In this document: in pieces, positions 26,633-39,330 of the stretch
How the letters are laid out: every line of letters begins with the position of its first letter
Numbering within the stretch: position 1 is the first letter of the stretch
From: Sphyrna mokarran
Lineage: Eukaryota
Reading direction: 5' to 3'
DNA: 64,000 bases
Assembly (NCBI GenBank): GCA_024679065.1
Contig: JAGIQG010000014.1
Location: 32,550,001 to 32,614,000 of the forward strand
Notes under the pieces: generated by a model
Told to the model about the DNA's origin: nothing
Seen by the model: the letters and a program-made list of their open reading frames with translations, nothing else
The model's database searches: none
Program-made: the position numbers and the translations under genes

Positions 26633-27570
26633 GGGCAGCACACTGGGCTGGGAGACATCAGCGGATGTCTTTTAGCAGGCTTCCTGCTGGATGCCACGGT
26701 CTCTGCAAATCTTCAGCTGTCTGATTTCTGGCATCATCAGTTCCACGCCAGAAATTGGCACGGAGCTGATCTCCATATTTAAAAAACACAATTTAAATCT
26801 TATTAGCAGACCTGCGACCAATGTCTCCGGGCCCACAAACATCCGGCACCCCCACTTGGAGTGATTCACTCCAGCAGGGTTTACAGGGGCAGCCCGACTC
26901 TGTAGGAGCGAAGAGCACTGCATTTGCCTGAGGAAGACACAAGAGTCGAAAGCTCGCTTTTTTACTATCAAATAAATCGGTTGGATTATAAATTGGTGTT
27001 GCTAAATTCTTACTGAGCGAAGAGCGACATAGGAGCTGCCGCACCCCTACCCCCACCATTCTGGTCAAGGGTAAGGGTGGGGTGGAAGGGTGCCCTGTAG
27101 GCATTCCCTGCCTGCCTGGTGCCCCAATGCCCACCAGACATCAGACAGTGCCAAAGAGTGGAGTGTTTGGGTGGGTGGAGGGTCTCGCTGCCACGCTACA
27201 GTCACGATCAAGGCAAAGGGAGTGCAGTAGTCAGGGCTGGTCATGAGACATCTGGGAGGCCAGCAATCGATGCTTGGTGGGGGTGGGGGTGTTTTGAAGG
27301 GGCAACAATGGGGGTTCTTACACTGGCCAGTATCGAGAAGCAGCCAATCTCTGCCTGAACAGACTAGCACATGGCGGCCCACTCAGAGCTATGCTGCTTG
27401 CCTCTCCAGTGGGAAGAGGTCCCACCTGCAGCTATTGAATGAGATTTATGCCTGGGCATTGTGATACACAGAGTGTGGGACATTCATTTTCAGAATCGTG
27501 CTTATAAAAAAAGCGAGATTTACTCCAGTTTGTATGCAAATTTGGCATTTAGAATTTGGGACGAACCTGG
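26633..27570. mobile_element. GC-rich unclassified non-autonomous repeat inserted in a CR1
   Basis: Homologous to 14300-14392 and 16850-17515; CR1 endonuclease sequence on both flanks. Confidence 0.55.
26917..27014 (+). mobile_element. 98-bp Penelope-derived mini-insert with hammerhead-like core
   Basis: 11-bp TSD gagcgaagagc (26906-26916, 27015-27025); ctgagga-agac-acaaga-gtc-gaaa-gctc; tail homologous to 25440-25490. Confidence 0.7.
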
Positions 27571-30500
27571 CGTACATTCAGGACAATGTTCCTAGAACAA
27601 GTCATCATGGAAACAATCAGCAAACAGGCGACATTAGATTTTGTCTTGTGTAATGAGATAGGATTAATTACTAACTGCATCATAAAAAAAAATGATGAGG
27701 GAAGCGAGTGATCACAGTAAGTATGAATTCAAGAGCGAGATACTTAAGTCTGAAATGAAATAAAAATAATTAGAAAATCATAATCTAATGAAGTAGAGTC
27801 ACAAAAAGGTAATCACATCTAACTGACTTATTTGAGTTTTCAGAGAAGTCTTAATCAGAATGGATAAAGGGAAACAGTAATGTTTTGTATTTCAATTTCC
27901 AGTAAACATTTGACAAGGCTCCTCACAAAAAGTTAAGTCAAAAGATAAGAGCCATGGTGTTGGAGATGATATATTGGTATGAACAGAGAATTGGATAATG
28001 GGTAGGAAACAGTGAATGGGAATAATAGATTCTTTTTCAGGCTGGCGACCAGCGGGGTTTCTTGGGGATCAGTGCTGGAACCGTAACTGTTCAGTGCATA
28101 TACTAATGACTTAGAGGAAGAAGTGAATGTACTGTCACAAATTTGCAGACGATACAAAAATAGATCAAAAGGTGAATTGTGAGAGGGATACAAACAGTGT
28201 ACAAAAGAATATTGATTTGTTACGCAAGTGGGCAACAAGTTGCCAATTGGAGTATAACGTAGGAAAATGTGAAGTTGCTCATTTTGGAAGAGAGAACAAA
28301 AGAACAGACTATTATTTTTAAGTGGGAAAAAACTGCAGAAGTCTGCAACACAAAGGGATTTCGGGATATTTGTGAACGAAACAAAGTTAGCACAAGTGAA
28401 TTAGGTAATCAGGAAGGCTAGCAGAATACTGGGCTCTTACTTCAAAGGGATTTGAGTATAAAAGAGAAAAGTCTTGCTGCAACTGTAGAAGGTACTACAT
28501 CTGGAGTACTGTGAGCAGATTTAGACTCCTTGTTTAGGGAAAGATATTCCTTCGTGAAAACAATTCTGAGAAAATTCACGAGGATGACCCCTGGTGTGGA
28601 AGAATTATCTTACAACAAAGATTAAACAGGTTGGGACTCACTGAAATTTAGAAGAACAAAAGATATGGGTGGCATAGTGTTAACACTGTTGCTTCACAGT
28701 GCCAGGGACTCAGGTTCAATTCAAGCCTTGGGTCACTCTTTGTGTGGAGTTTGCACATTCTCCCTGTGTCTGCGTTCCTCTGGGTACTCCAGTTTCTTCC
28801 CACAGTCAAAAGATGTGCAGGTGAGGCTGACTGGCCATGCTAAATTGACCCTAGTATCAGGGAATTAGTAGGGTAAATATGTGAGGTTACAGGAATCGGG
28901 CCTGGCTGAGTTGGTGCAGACTTAGCGGACTGAATGGCTTCTTTCTGCACTGTAGAGATTCCATGATCTCATTGAAACAAATAGGATTTTTAAGGGACAT
29001 GATCAGGTAAATGCTGAAAGAATGTTTCCTCTCATGGGAGAGTCCAGGACCAGAGGCTGTATCCTTAGAATAAAGGGGCACCAATTTAAGACCAAGAGGA
29101 AGAATTTCTTCTCTTACAGGGTTATGAATCTTTGGAACTCCTTGCCACAGATAGTTGTGGGGACACAGTCTTGTGTATATTTAAGGTTGAGATAGACAGA
29201 TTTTTGATCAGTAAAAGATTCAAGGGTTACTAGGAAAGGGCAGGAAAAGTGGAAATGCAAATCAGCTATAAACCTACTGAATGATGAAACAGGCTTGAGG
29301 GAACGAATAATTTCTTATGGTTTTAAGATTTTGCGAAGGTAGATTTTGAAAATAGATTAAAAGCAATGACTATTGAAAAGTAATGATAAACATTTAAATA
29401 ATTCATACTTTGAACAAACATACATTGCCTTGAGAAACACAGATTTTGCAAGAAAAATGATTAATTCCTAGGTAAATTAAACAGGTTAAAGATAATATAA
29501 AAAGCAAGGTATCGTAGTAAGCCAAGGGTTTGAGAAAAATTTAGGAAACAGCATAGGGCGTTCAAAAAAATGAACACAAAACAGAATGACAGAACACTAC
29601 AGTGCAATACTTTGGCCCTCGATGTTGTGCTGACCTGTGAAACCAATCTAAAGCCCATCTAACCTACACTATTCCAATAGCATCCATATATTTATCCAAT
29701 GACCATTTAAATGCCCTTAATGTTGGCAAGTCCATTACTGTAGCAGACAGGGCATTCCAAGCCCTTACTACTCTCAAGAAAAAAAACAATACTTTCTAAA
29801 TGGTAAGAATATATTGTTCAGTTGATTTAAGAATTCTTTTACACAAAACACAAACTTAGCATGTAGGTACAGCAAACAGTAGAAGACAAGCGGGGATTGG
29901 AGCACAAAATTAAGGAAATCCTGTTGAATTGTAGTATGCGGTTTTGATTTCTGTGCCCAAGCAACGACATTCTTGCCTTAGGACATGGTGTAACAAAGAT
30001 TCAGAATTATATTTTGTGGGATGAGAAGATTGCTTCCTGAGAATTGATCGAGCAGAATGATCCTACACTCTTCAGAGTTTAGAAGAATGGGCTCGATAAA
30101 ATACACAAATTGAAAGTATTTCCTAAGCTGGTGTTTAGGACTAGGAGGAATATCCTTAAGATTAAAGGGATTGACTACTTAGTAGTGATATTGGAAAGGT
30201 TGTGAATCGTTGAATATTCAATCATATTTTTTGGAAAGGGAATCAAGGGAGATGGGAATTGGGAGGAAAACGAGTTGAAGTCAAAGATCAGCCCATACCC
30301 TTCTGAATCACAGGACAAGTTCAAGAGGCTTTAGGCCAATTTCTGCTTTTATTGCGTACCTTATGCATCTTAATAGATAGGAAATAAAAACAAAAAAAGC
30401 TAATGGCATATTAACCTTTATAATTAGAGGACTAGAATATAAAATGGAGGAAGTTTTGCTGCAGCTGTATGAAGTCCTAGTGAAATCATTGAGGACAGTT

Positions 30501-30965
30501 CTCAGCTTCACACTTTGGAAAGGATATATTGGTTTTAGAACACAAAGATTCACCGTAAAGCCACCAAGGTTCCAAGAGTTTAAATTATGAGAACATTAAT
30601 TAGATGTAGATTCCCTAGAACACGAAAAATTAATGGATGATTTGATTTTGATGCTTTAGGATTTTGAAAGAAATAAATAGAAACTTTTCCATTGGTAGAC
30701 ATAACTTTGAAATCAAAGTCAGGCCATTCAGAAGTTAACAAAACTTCATGCAAAGAGTGGTATAAAATGGAAATTAAGCGATGAAAAAGCTGTTAATAGC
30801 AGTAGAGGTTAACTATTGTAAATCTCAAAATCAATAGATCTTTACTTGCCAAGGATATTAAGGGATACGGAGCCTGAGTAGATGATGATACAAATCAGCC
30901 GTGTTTTCACTGAATGGCAGGACAGGCTTGAGCAATTAATTGGCCTACTGTTGTGCTCATGATCC
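27570..30965 (+). mobile_element. Run of degenerate CR1 fragments, with a nested SINE (28666-28966 +) and an antisense CR1 tail (29585-29775)
   Basis: KFADDTK, NVGKCEV.HFG, HLEYC remnants and several 3' tails. Confidence 0.8.
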
Positions 30966-30989
30966 TCGTAATTTACCTAAACTGTCAAC

Positions 30990-31325
30990 CATGATTCAGT
31001 TCGTAATAGCCTTATCTCTGAGCCTCAAGGTTTCAGATTCAAATCCGACACAAAACATGAACACAAAAATTGACATTGTGGTGCAAGACTGAGGGAATGT
31101 TACATTTGTGCAGGTGTTGTCTTTTAGATGGGACATTAAGCCAAAGCAGCATCCTCCCACTTGGGTGGGTGTAAAAGATCTCATGGCACTATTTTAAAGA
31201 GGAGCAAGAGCATAATCCCTGCGCTGAATTTTTATCCTTCAATCCTTATCGCATGACTGTTTGGTGTTATGAAGTGCTTCAAGATATCCAGTAATGAAAA
31301 GCACTACATAAATATTAATCTTTCC
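30990..31325 (+). mobile_element. DeuSINE (SacSINE1/AmnSINE1-like)
   Basis: tRNA-like head followed by Deu-domain-like ctgagggaatg...gtcttttagatgggacattaa...gtaaaagatctcatggcactatttt. Confidence 0.7.
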
Positions 31326-34300
31326 ACTTTGCAATTGTTTTCTGAATAGGGACAGGGAAGTCACCATGCTTCCCACTGCTATTTCCTATCTAGCAATCTG
31401 TTTTTAAAATACACCTATACGTAATCATGGATGAGAAAAGAATTAGTCACAGCTGAGATATTCCTTTCTTTACTTATTGGATAGCTTGTTCAAACTCTCT
31501 ACTTAGGAGTCACAGAAAAAGCACCCACAAACCCCAGTACACCAGGGAGGAAATCAATGCCTTCAAAGACAGGGAATGAGGAGAAAATTAGAAGCAAAAT
31601 AAAATTTGATCTATACTTTAGTTTTAGATACATATTTTACTAGATGCAGACAGCACAGAACCAAATGTGACTACAAATAAAAAATTCTTGGATTATAAAG
31701 TCATAATTTTGAAATTGTGGTTGAACTTTTATCTCCTTATGGGTTTCAATAAAATCAGCCTCAAACTGATCGTTCAGCCAACAACAGCAGCTTATTTAAA
31801 TATGTTAGTGATAAGAACTTTTATCAATGAAAGTCAAATATCGCATGCGAACTTACATTATGAAACACAGTTTAAGAAATACTACATTATTAAAATGGAA
31901 TCTCCTTGTTATAAAGATCATTACTCACCTTTAGAATAATGTAGTCATCATTTTCTGAAAAGGTACACTCCACATCCCAAGGGTAGGTAGCCTATTCAAC
32001 TGGGGGGAAAAAAAAATAAAAAAAAAATTACAGGGCTGTGCCTCCGCTACTACTGCGTGAAGTTCACCAACACTCCTGGCAGAGAACAGAGTTAGGAACA
32101 AAGTCCTTTGACAGCGGCTTTAAATCTACAGCAGCCATAGGCTCAAAAGGGGCTGGGTTGGAATTGTGGGGTTGCATCAGGTTATACAGCATGAAGATCC
32201 CATGCTTGGACTAAGCAATTAGTTGGGATCTTAATGTGGGGAGAAAATTCAAGGAATGACTTTCTGAAGAGTTTCCTTCCACTAGGGAAAGGCAGATAGA
32301 GATAACTTAAGTTGAAATTTCCACCAGCTGAAGTCCTTCATGTAGCAATTCTAGGACATAAATGAACATCCAGGCTATCACTAGAAGGGTCCAAATCTAA
32401 AGATTAGAGGTAAATAATTAATAGCCGAGACAGACTGCAAACGTATTACAGCAAAATTGTGTCATTGACAATTTAAGTTTCTTGAAGAAGAGTCGTCGAA
32501 AATAAGTTTTAGCTGATTTATTATTGACAAAGAAAACCTAAAGTGGATTTATATGATGGTCATCGCAGCTTAGGCTGATATACAACTATTTGAAAGACAA
32601 AATGGTGAGCCAACGATGGCTCTGAAATGTCAAAATAGTACAGCGGCATTCTTGTGGCTCTTCATCAACATTTTGCGCAGGATGGGGGTGAGGTGCAGGA
32701 GGTTGTGAAGGCGTTGATGAGATGGCGAAGAAAGAAACAAACTTGGAGGCTTTCTTGGCCAAGTTAGATTGTCATCTATAGGACATTATGAAAGATCAAA
32801 CCTGAATTTAACTGTAATAGTGATTTCTTTTAAAACTCCAAGCTTGAGTTAAGCTATTTATGCTCTTACGCTGCATCAGGTAGTAACAGCGCATTTATCA
32901 ACATCATGTTTAATGCCATGCAGTGGTAATAAGTTGGCAGCTTGTGATTTCAATCTTCATCACGTACAAAACAAGGCACTTAGTTAACTTGCTTTCTTCG
33001 GAGAGCTCTCAAGATAGGCCTAGTTACGTACATTGTAAAATGAAATGGTTGATTGATTACTAGGTGTTAATCCATTTGACTCTTGATAAACTGCTCAGTC
33101 TGTCTAACATTCTATCCAAATGCAATAACAAGAATTAAAGTTAGATTGTATTCTGAGAGAGAAGATGATGAGGCTTTAAAGATGCTCTCTCTCCCATAAA
33201 ATTATTTCTATTTTATTTCAGATGCTCAGCAATCACCAGTTTAAAAAAAGATCTCCAATTATAAAGCTTTAACAAGGTTATGGACAATCATAATGGTCTA
33301 CAAAAGATTTGTGGGTTTAATCCCAAAGACATCAGATTATTCATAAATAGTTAACTGATTAGGGATAGGTTTCAGATGATTCTCCTTTCCATAACACAAA
33401 ATTTACTTTGCTATTGAATAAGAAAAAGGTCCAAGTAGAAGACAAGCCAGAGTGCTAGAGATTGAGAACAGTCTGACGCTATCAGCGTTATTTTACACAG
33501 AAGGAACACTGATCATAATTTCTCTATCTGAGAAAAAGAAAAATAATATAGTGCCATGTTATTGGCAGGAAAAGATTCCAAAGCAGGAAAGTCTTCATCC
33601 TTTAAAGGAACGTCTCAATTCAACTTGGGATTTTGTCTTGGATGAATGCTGATAAATATCTGGCAAAGGCTGAATGTGTAGATTATCTTGAACCTTACAA
33701 ATCCAACAGAAGCTGAATATTTGAAAGTAAAAGTAGTTTCTGTAGCAATCCATGACGTTTGTGGAAGAATGCGTCGCAGAAGTTGCTTGTCAGCATATTT
33801 CTTGCATGACAGCAAGTGTAATAACGCAAATATTTTTTTGAAGCTGGCTTAAAACGTCACAATTAGGTTTTAATTCTTGTGGAGAATCGGTGATAAAAGC
33901 AAAAGAATTTACTGTTACTTAATAGTTTACGCAGGTTTGGTTTTGACTCTAAAGCATTTTGTCAATTGCTGACAGCGTGAGCTGTGTTATACGCTTTCCA
34001 CTTTGGCGTCCAATTTAACATCATCATTATTATTCTTTGAAAGAGCACAACAAACCTCTTGGTTTTCAGAGACTGTTATTAGCGAGCCAGCCTCAGGGCA
34101 GACTGGATCAAGTCAGGAGATGTGACACAGAGCCAAGGTGTTAGCATCATTGGATGCGAGAAGCAATGAAAGAAACAGACTGACTTCATTCTTCTTGTTA
34201 AGGTTGTGGACTCTGTTTGAGTGACATATTTTACAGCTCACTGAAAACTGAAGCCTTCAAAATATTTATTTTTGTTCAATTGCCTATGCAGGTTTGCCTT

Positions 34301-35723
34301 TGGACCAAATGCCAGAGAGTGGCTTTAATAACTTACCTTCTGTGCAGAGATTTATTGAATTATTTCTGTTTTATTTACAGATAATTTTCAGTTGCTTAAC
34401 AGTACCAAATTGGGAACGTCCATGAATATTCTTGAGGGCACATCAGTATAAGACAACTCCTTCAGCATTATATTAGACCAACACATAGGTAAAATAAATT
34501 CCAAACTAATAGTAAAGATAATGTCTCCCATATCCAGCTTTCTGTAGTGACATGGGATATTGCATTGCCTTAAGGGAACAGTCAGCTCTTACAATATATT
34601 ATGTTTTCTCCACTGTGACTTAAGACAGTACAGCCTCTTTTCAGTGACTAGATGAACCTCATGAATAGTACAAGTGTATTATATATTTATACATCCTACA
34701 ATCTTGGTTTGGAACTGGCACAGTGAGGAAATTCAATTTGAGTAGTAATGGGAAAATGATCTTGGAGTAGCATTCTTCAGAGAAACTTCCATGTCTGAAA
34801 AGAAATCCTCTTGTGTGCCATTTGTTTCCTCTCAAAGATATGTTATATGCGAAGATATCTGATGTAGTCAAATTGGATGATTGAACTTCCTTGATACCCG
34901 TCTGTATTTTGAATGAATGACGATGCTGTAAACTCTTTGGTTTACCCTACTATCGAAACATAAAAGAGTTCACACACTGCGTGGTCAAGACAGTACTGGG
35001 TGCTGTTTATGCTGGAGAAGATCTCTCTGTAGCTGATGTAGAATTTTAAATTCAGCTAAACAAGATATTTTAGTTTTGAAAGAAAATTTAGTATAAGTAA
35101 GAAATATAGGTTATCAGCAGTATAAACAAACTGTTGATTGAGAAGACTCCTTATGCGATGCAACAAATATAATGCAACGGGTGTCAATGGTGGGAGGAAA
35201 ATAACTGAAGATGGATGCCTGGAGGTGCCCCTGTATTTTGTAAACATCACAATTACATTAAAAGCTAAAGGGACAAATGTCCCTCTTATTTTCCCAGTTG
35301 GATAGGCCACCTATGTGTAACATATGTGGAGTAATCAATGAAGATAATACAAAAAAAGTGAATTTCATATTTCAATTGTGTTAGAAAAACTGTTTTTATT
35401 AGCATGTCCAAAACAAATCCTTTTTCAAATATCCAACTTTCAAAGAGAAAGGTGGGTTAAATTTGCATGTGAGTAGAATATGGTGTGCTGTATTTAAATC
35501 ACGGCATTTCACCATTTTTTTTTGTACAAAAACCAGTATTGAGTAGATATGGAATAGGTTATTAGAGCTCTGCCCACCCTTATAGAGGATGGGTAGAAAT
35601 TAATTTTTGGAGGGGATGTGGATAGATATCCATTTTTAAAGATTGAAACATCTCTGGTAATAACAAATATTAAAAAGAATTGGTTTCATTTACACAGGAC
35701 AAACACTGAATTCTCCTCATTAC

Positions 35724-35913
35724 CTGGATGCTAATTTGTTCTTCTCTTTTCTGGATCTTGGTCTGGCAGTTAATGGCAATTCACTTACAGGTGTCAGGTC
35801 ACTAATCACTTTGTTTAGTTTTCTAAGTTCATTTCCAATTTGTAGTAGTTTTCTTGGATTTGGTGTCAAGTCTTCAACATCTGTTCTGCGAGACTTCTTC
35901 ACTAAGTATTTTC
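35724..35913 (-). CDS. CREBRF: CREBRF coding exon, start of bZIP basic region (KYLVKKSRR...[12 protein letters not shown])
   Basis: aaatag|GA AAA...TCC AG|gtaatg, 190 nt, phase 1/2. Confidence 0.97.
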
Positions 35914-35941
35914 CTATTTTGGCAAGAATACATACAATTAG

Positions 35942-36090
35942 TTTATTTGAATTATTATTGGCAGATGTATTAGTATACGGTGAAAAGTACTGTTTCTTGT
36001 GCGCTATACAAAGTATAGCGTTCATAGAGAAGGCAATTAGAGAGTGCAGAATGTAGTGTTACAGTCATAGCTAGGGCTTGGATTAAAAGA
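35942..36090 (-). mobile_element. Rex1/Babar-like LINE 3' tail fragment
   Basis: Homologous to 37335-37455 (gtatacagtgaaaagta...gcagaatgtagtgttacagtcata). Confidence 0.65.
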
Positions 36091-36334
36091 ATTAGAATGA
36101 AGTTTTAGAAGCATAGAACGAGAGTAAAACATAGAATTAAAAGGTATACTGGGGCAGCTTGCTCCAGTGCCATCTTAGGGGAAAAAAAACACATTCACTA
36201 TAATTCTATGAAACAAGTAACATCTTGTAGAAATATACATGAGCAATTGGAGGCATGATAATGAAGGAACAGTTGGACCTATGACTCGCAAAGTTCTCCA
36301 TCACTAGGACTCCTTGCTTCATTTCTGGAACACT

Positions 36335-36790
36335 TGAACAAGGAGCAGGAGTAGGCTATTGAATCCTTCCAAGCCTGCTCCATCATTTAACATGACAAGG
36401 TGAATCTGATAGTAACCTCAAATATGCATCCTGCCTATCCCTGTAACCTATCATCCTCTTGCTTACCAAGAATCTATCCACCATTGCCATAAAAGACATT
36501 TAAAGACTGCTTCCACCACATTTTGAAGAAGAAAGCTCCAAAGATTCATAACCTTTGAGTGAAAGAACTTCACCTCATCCGTTTTAAATAGGTGACCTCT
36601 TATTTTTAAACAGTAACTTCCTAGTTCCAGATTCTCCCACAAAGACATCCTCCTCCTCACATCCAGCGTATCAAGATCCCTGAAGATTTTATATGTTTCA
36701 ATCAAGTCACCTCTTATTCTTCTAATCTCCAACGGATATAACCTAGCCTGTCCAACCTTTCCTCATAAGATTATACATCCATTCCAGGTA
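36335..36790 (-). mobile_element. CR1 3' fragment
   Basis: RRIRGDLIETYKI motif and tail. Confidence 0.85.
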
Positions 36791-37477
36791 TGTTCCAAGG
36801 ACTACTGTATAGTAACAACAGGATAGTAGAGAGCAAATGAAATTAAACATTTTTGTCCTATCAACAATTCCTATATTCTTTAACCAAATAGTACAACAAA
36901 TTCAATTAATTAAAGCCCCCATAATAACCTAACATTTTCAAGCAGCTACTTAAAAAAAATTCTTGGATGATCAAAAATATGTCTCAAGAAGCAACTTTGA
37001 AACAGGACAATTTTTAATACATTTAAATTGTAGCAGTGTAGTGCGGCTCTCATCACACCTTAGTCAGCCTACCTATTCTTCTGGTATCTGCTTCTCCTTT
37101 GAACACCTCACTCAATTCGCATTTCTTTTAAAATAGTTGTTTTTTTACCACCCACCCAAGAACCAAGCCAATTTTCTCACCAAGATAAACTGCAAAGCTT
37201 TCTTTTCTCAGCATCCACATTAAGTGACCTCTCATTCCCAGGAATTTCAACATCCATCTCAATATTCTGAGTTTAGTAACCTCTTATAGCTCCTTAATCT
37301 CTCCCATCAGATAAATTCCCCTAACCATATTTTTGATTTGATTTACTGTCACGTATTGGTATACAGTGAAAAGTATTGCCTCTTGAGCAATATACAGGCA
37401 AAGCATTGAGAAATAAGGGATTGCAGAATGTAGTGTTTACAGTCATACATAGACTGTAGAGAAAAATCAACTTCGAG

Positions 37478-38360
37478 TCATAGAGGTTTATAGCATGGAA
37501 AAAGGCCCTTCGGCCCAAGTTGTCCATGCTGCCCTTTTTTTAAACCCTAAATTAATCCCAATTGCCCGCATTTGGTCTATATCCCTCAATATCATCTTAC
37601 CCATGTAGCTATCTAAATGCTTTGTAACAGACAAAATTGTACCCACCTCTGCTACTACCTCTGGCAGTCTGTTCCAGACATTCACCACCCTCTGAAAAAA
37701 CCTCTGGACACTTTTGTATCTCTCTCCTCTCACCTTAAAACTATGCGCTCTAGTCTCAGACTCCCCTACTTTGGGAAAAGATATTGACTATCGACTTTAT
37801 CTATGTTCCTCATTATTTTATAAGATCACCCTTCAGTCTTCTACTCTCCAGAGAAAGAAGTCCCAGTCAATCCAGCCTTTCCTTATAACTCAATCCATCG
37901 AGTCCCGGTAGCATCCTGGCAAATCTTTTCTGCACTCTTTCTAGTTTAATAATATCTTTTGTAGAATAGGATGACCAGAATTGCACACAGTATTCCAAAA
38001 GTGGCCTTACCATGTTTTGTACAACTTCAACAAGACGTCCCAACTCCTGAATTCAATGTTCGGACTGATGAAACCAAGCTTGCTGAACACCTTCTTCACT
38101 ACTCTGTCCACCTGTGACTCCACTTTCAAGTAACTATGTACACATATCCCTAGATCTCTTTGTTCTGTAATTCTCCCCAATGTCCTACCATGGTTCAATC
38201 TAGCAAAATGCATCACCTCATATTTGTGTAAATTAAACTCCATTTACCATTCGTCAGCCCATTGGCACAACTGGTGAAGATCCCTTTGCAATTGGAGATA
38301 ACTTTCTTCACTGTCCACTATGCCAGCAGTCTTAATGTCATCTATAAGTTTACTAACCAT
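37478..38360 (-). mobile_element. CR1 3' fragment nested in the Rex1-like LINE
   Basis: MEFN..KYEVMHF...EQRDLG motifs and tail. Confidence 0.9.
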
Positions 38361-38530
38361 TCAGGTTAGGTTCATTCAAAAGTCTGATGGCAGCAACGAA
38401 GAAGCTGTTCTTGAGCCAGTTGATATGTGTCCTCAGATTTTTTGTGTCTTTTCCCCGACGGAAAAAGGTGGAAAAGAATATGTGGAAAAGGAAAAGGTGG
38501 AAAAGGTGGAAAAGAAGGTGAATAAGAAAT

Positions 38531-39330
38531 AATGGAGTTTAATGTGGAAAAGTGTGAGGTAATGCACTTTGGCAGGAACAATAAATGTGTAGAGTATAGG
38601 GCTAATGGTAGGGCTCTTAATAGTGTTGAGGAACAGAAGGATCTTGGTGTATGTGTCAATAGATCCCTGAAAGTAGGCAGTCAAGTGGATAAAGTTGTTA
38701 AGAAGGCATATGGAGTCTTAGCTTTTATTGGTAGGGGGATTGAATTTAGGAGCCGCAGCATCATGTTGCAGCTGTACAAAACTCTAGTGCGGCCGCACTT
38801 GGAGTATTGTGTGCAGTTCTGGTCGCCACATTATAAGAAAGATGTGGAGGCATTGGAGAGGGTACAGAGGAGGTTTACTAGGATGTTGCCTGGTATGGAG
38901 GGCAGGTCCTATGAAGAGAGGTTGAAGGATTTGAGGTTGTTTTCGTTAGAAAGGAGGCGGCTAAGGGGGGATCTTATTGAAACATATAAGATAATTAGAG
39001 GTTTGGATAGGGTGGACAGTGATAGCCTTTTTCCTAGGATGGAAAAAGCTAGCACGAGGGGACACAACTTTAAATTAAGGGGTATGAGTTATAGGACGGA
39101 TATCAGAGGTAGGTTCTTTACTCAAAGAGTGATTAGGGAGTGGAATGCCCTGCCTGCAGCTGTTGTAGATGCGCCAAGTTTGGTGGCGTTTAAGAGGTTA
39201 GTTGATAAGTATATGGATGAGAAGGGAATGGTTTAGTTAGGAGGGGCATTGCTTTTTATTTTGGTCGGCACAACATCGAAGGCCGAAGGGCCTGTTCTGT
39301 GCTGTATTGTTCTATGTTCTATGTTCTATG
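38531..39330 (+). mobile_element. Young CR1 LINE copy B (intact ORF2 C-terminus)
   Basis: 234-aa stop-free ORF nearly identical to copy C; (ttctatg)n tail. Confidence 0.97.

Noticed and set aside
32418-32852. Gene in an alternative genetic code (TGA=Trp)
   Set aside because: The frame also contains TAG and is followed by several TAA/TAG; the translation is not recognisable.
33200-34460. Nested plus-strand gene using acceptor-like tracts at 33221 and 34380
   Set aside because: All frames hit stops within about 70 nt and no good donor follows.
35736-36056. 106-aa plus-strand ORF
   Set aside because: Antisense shadow of a CREBRF exon plus a LINE tail.
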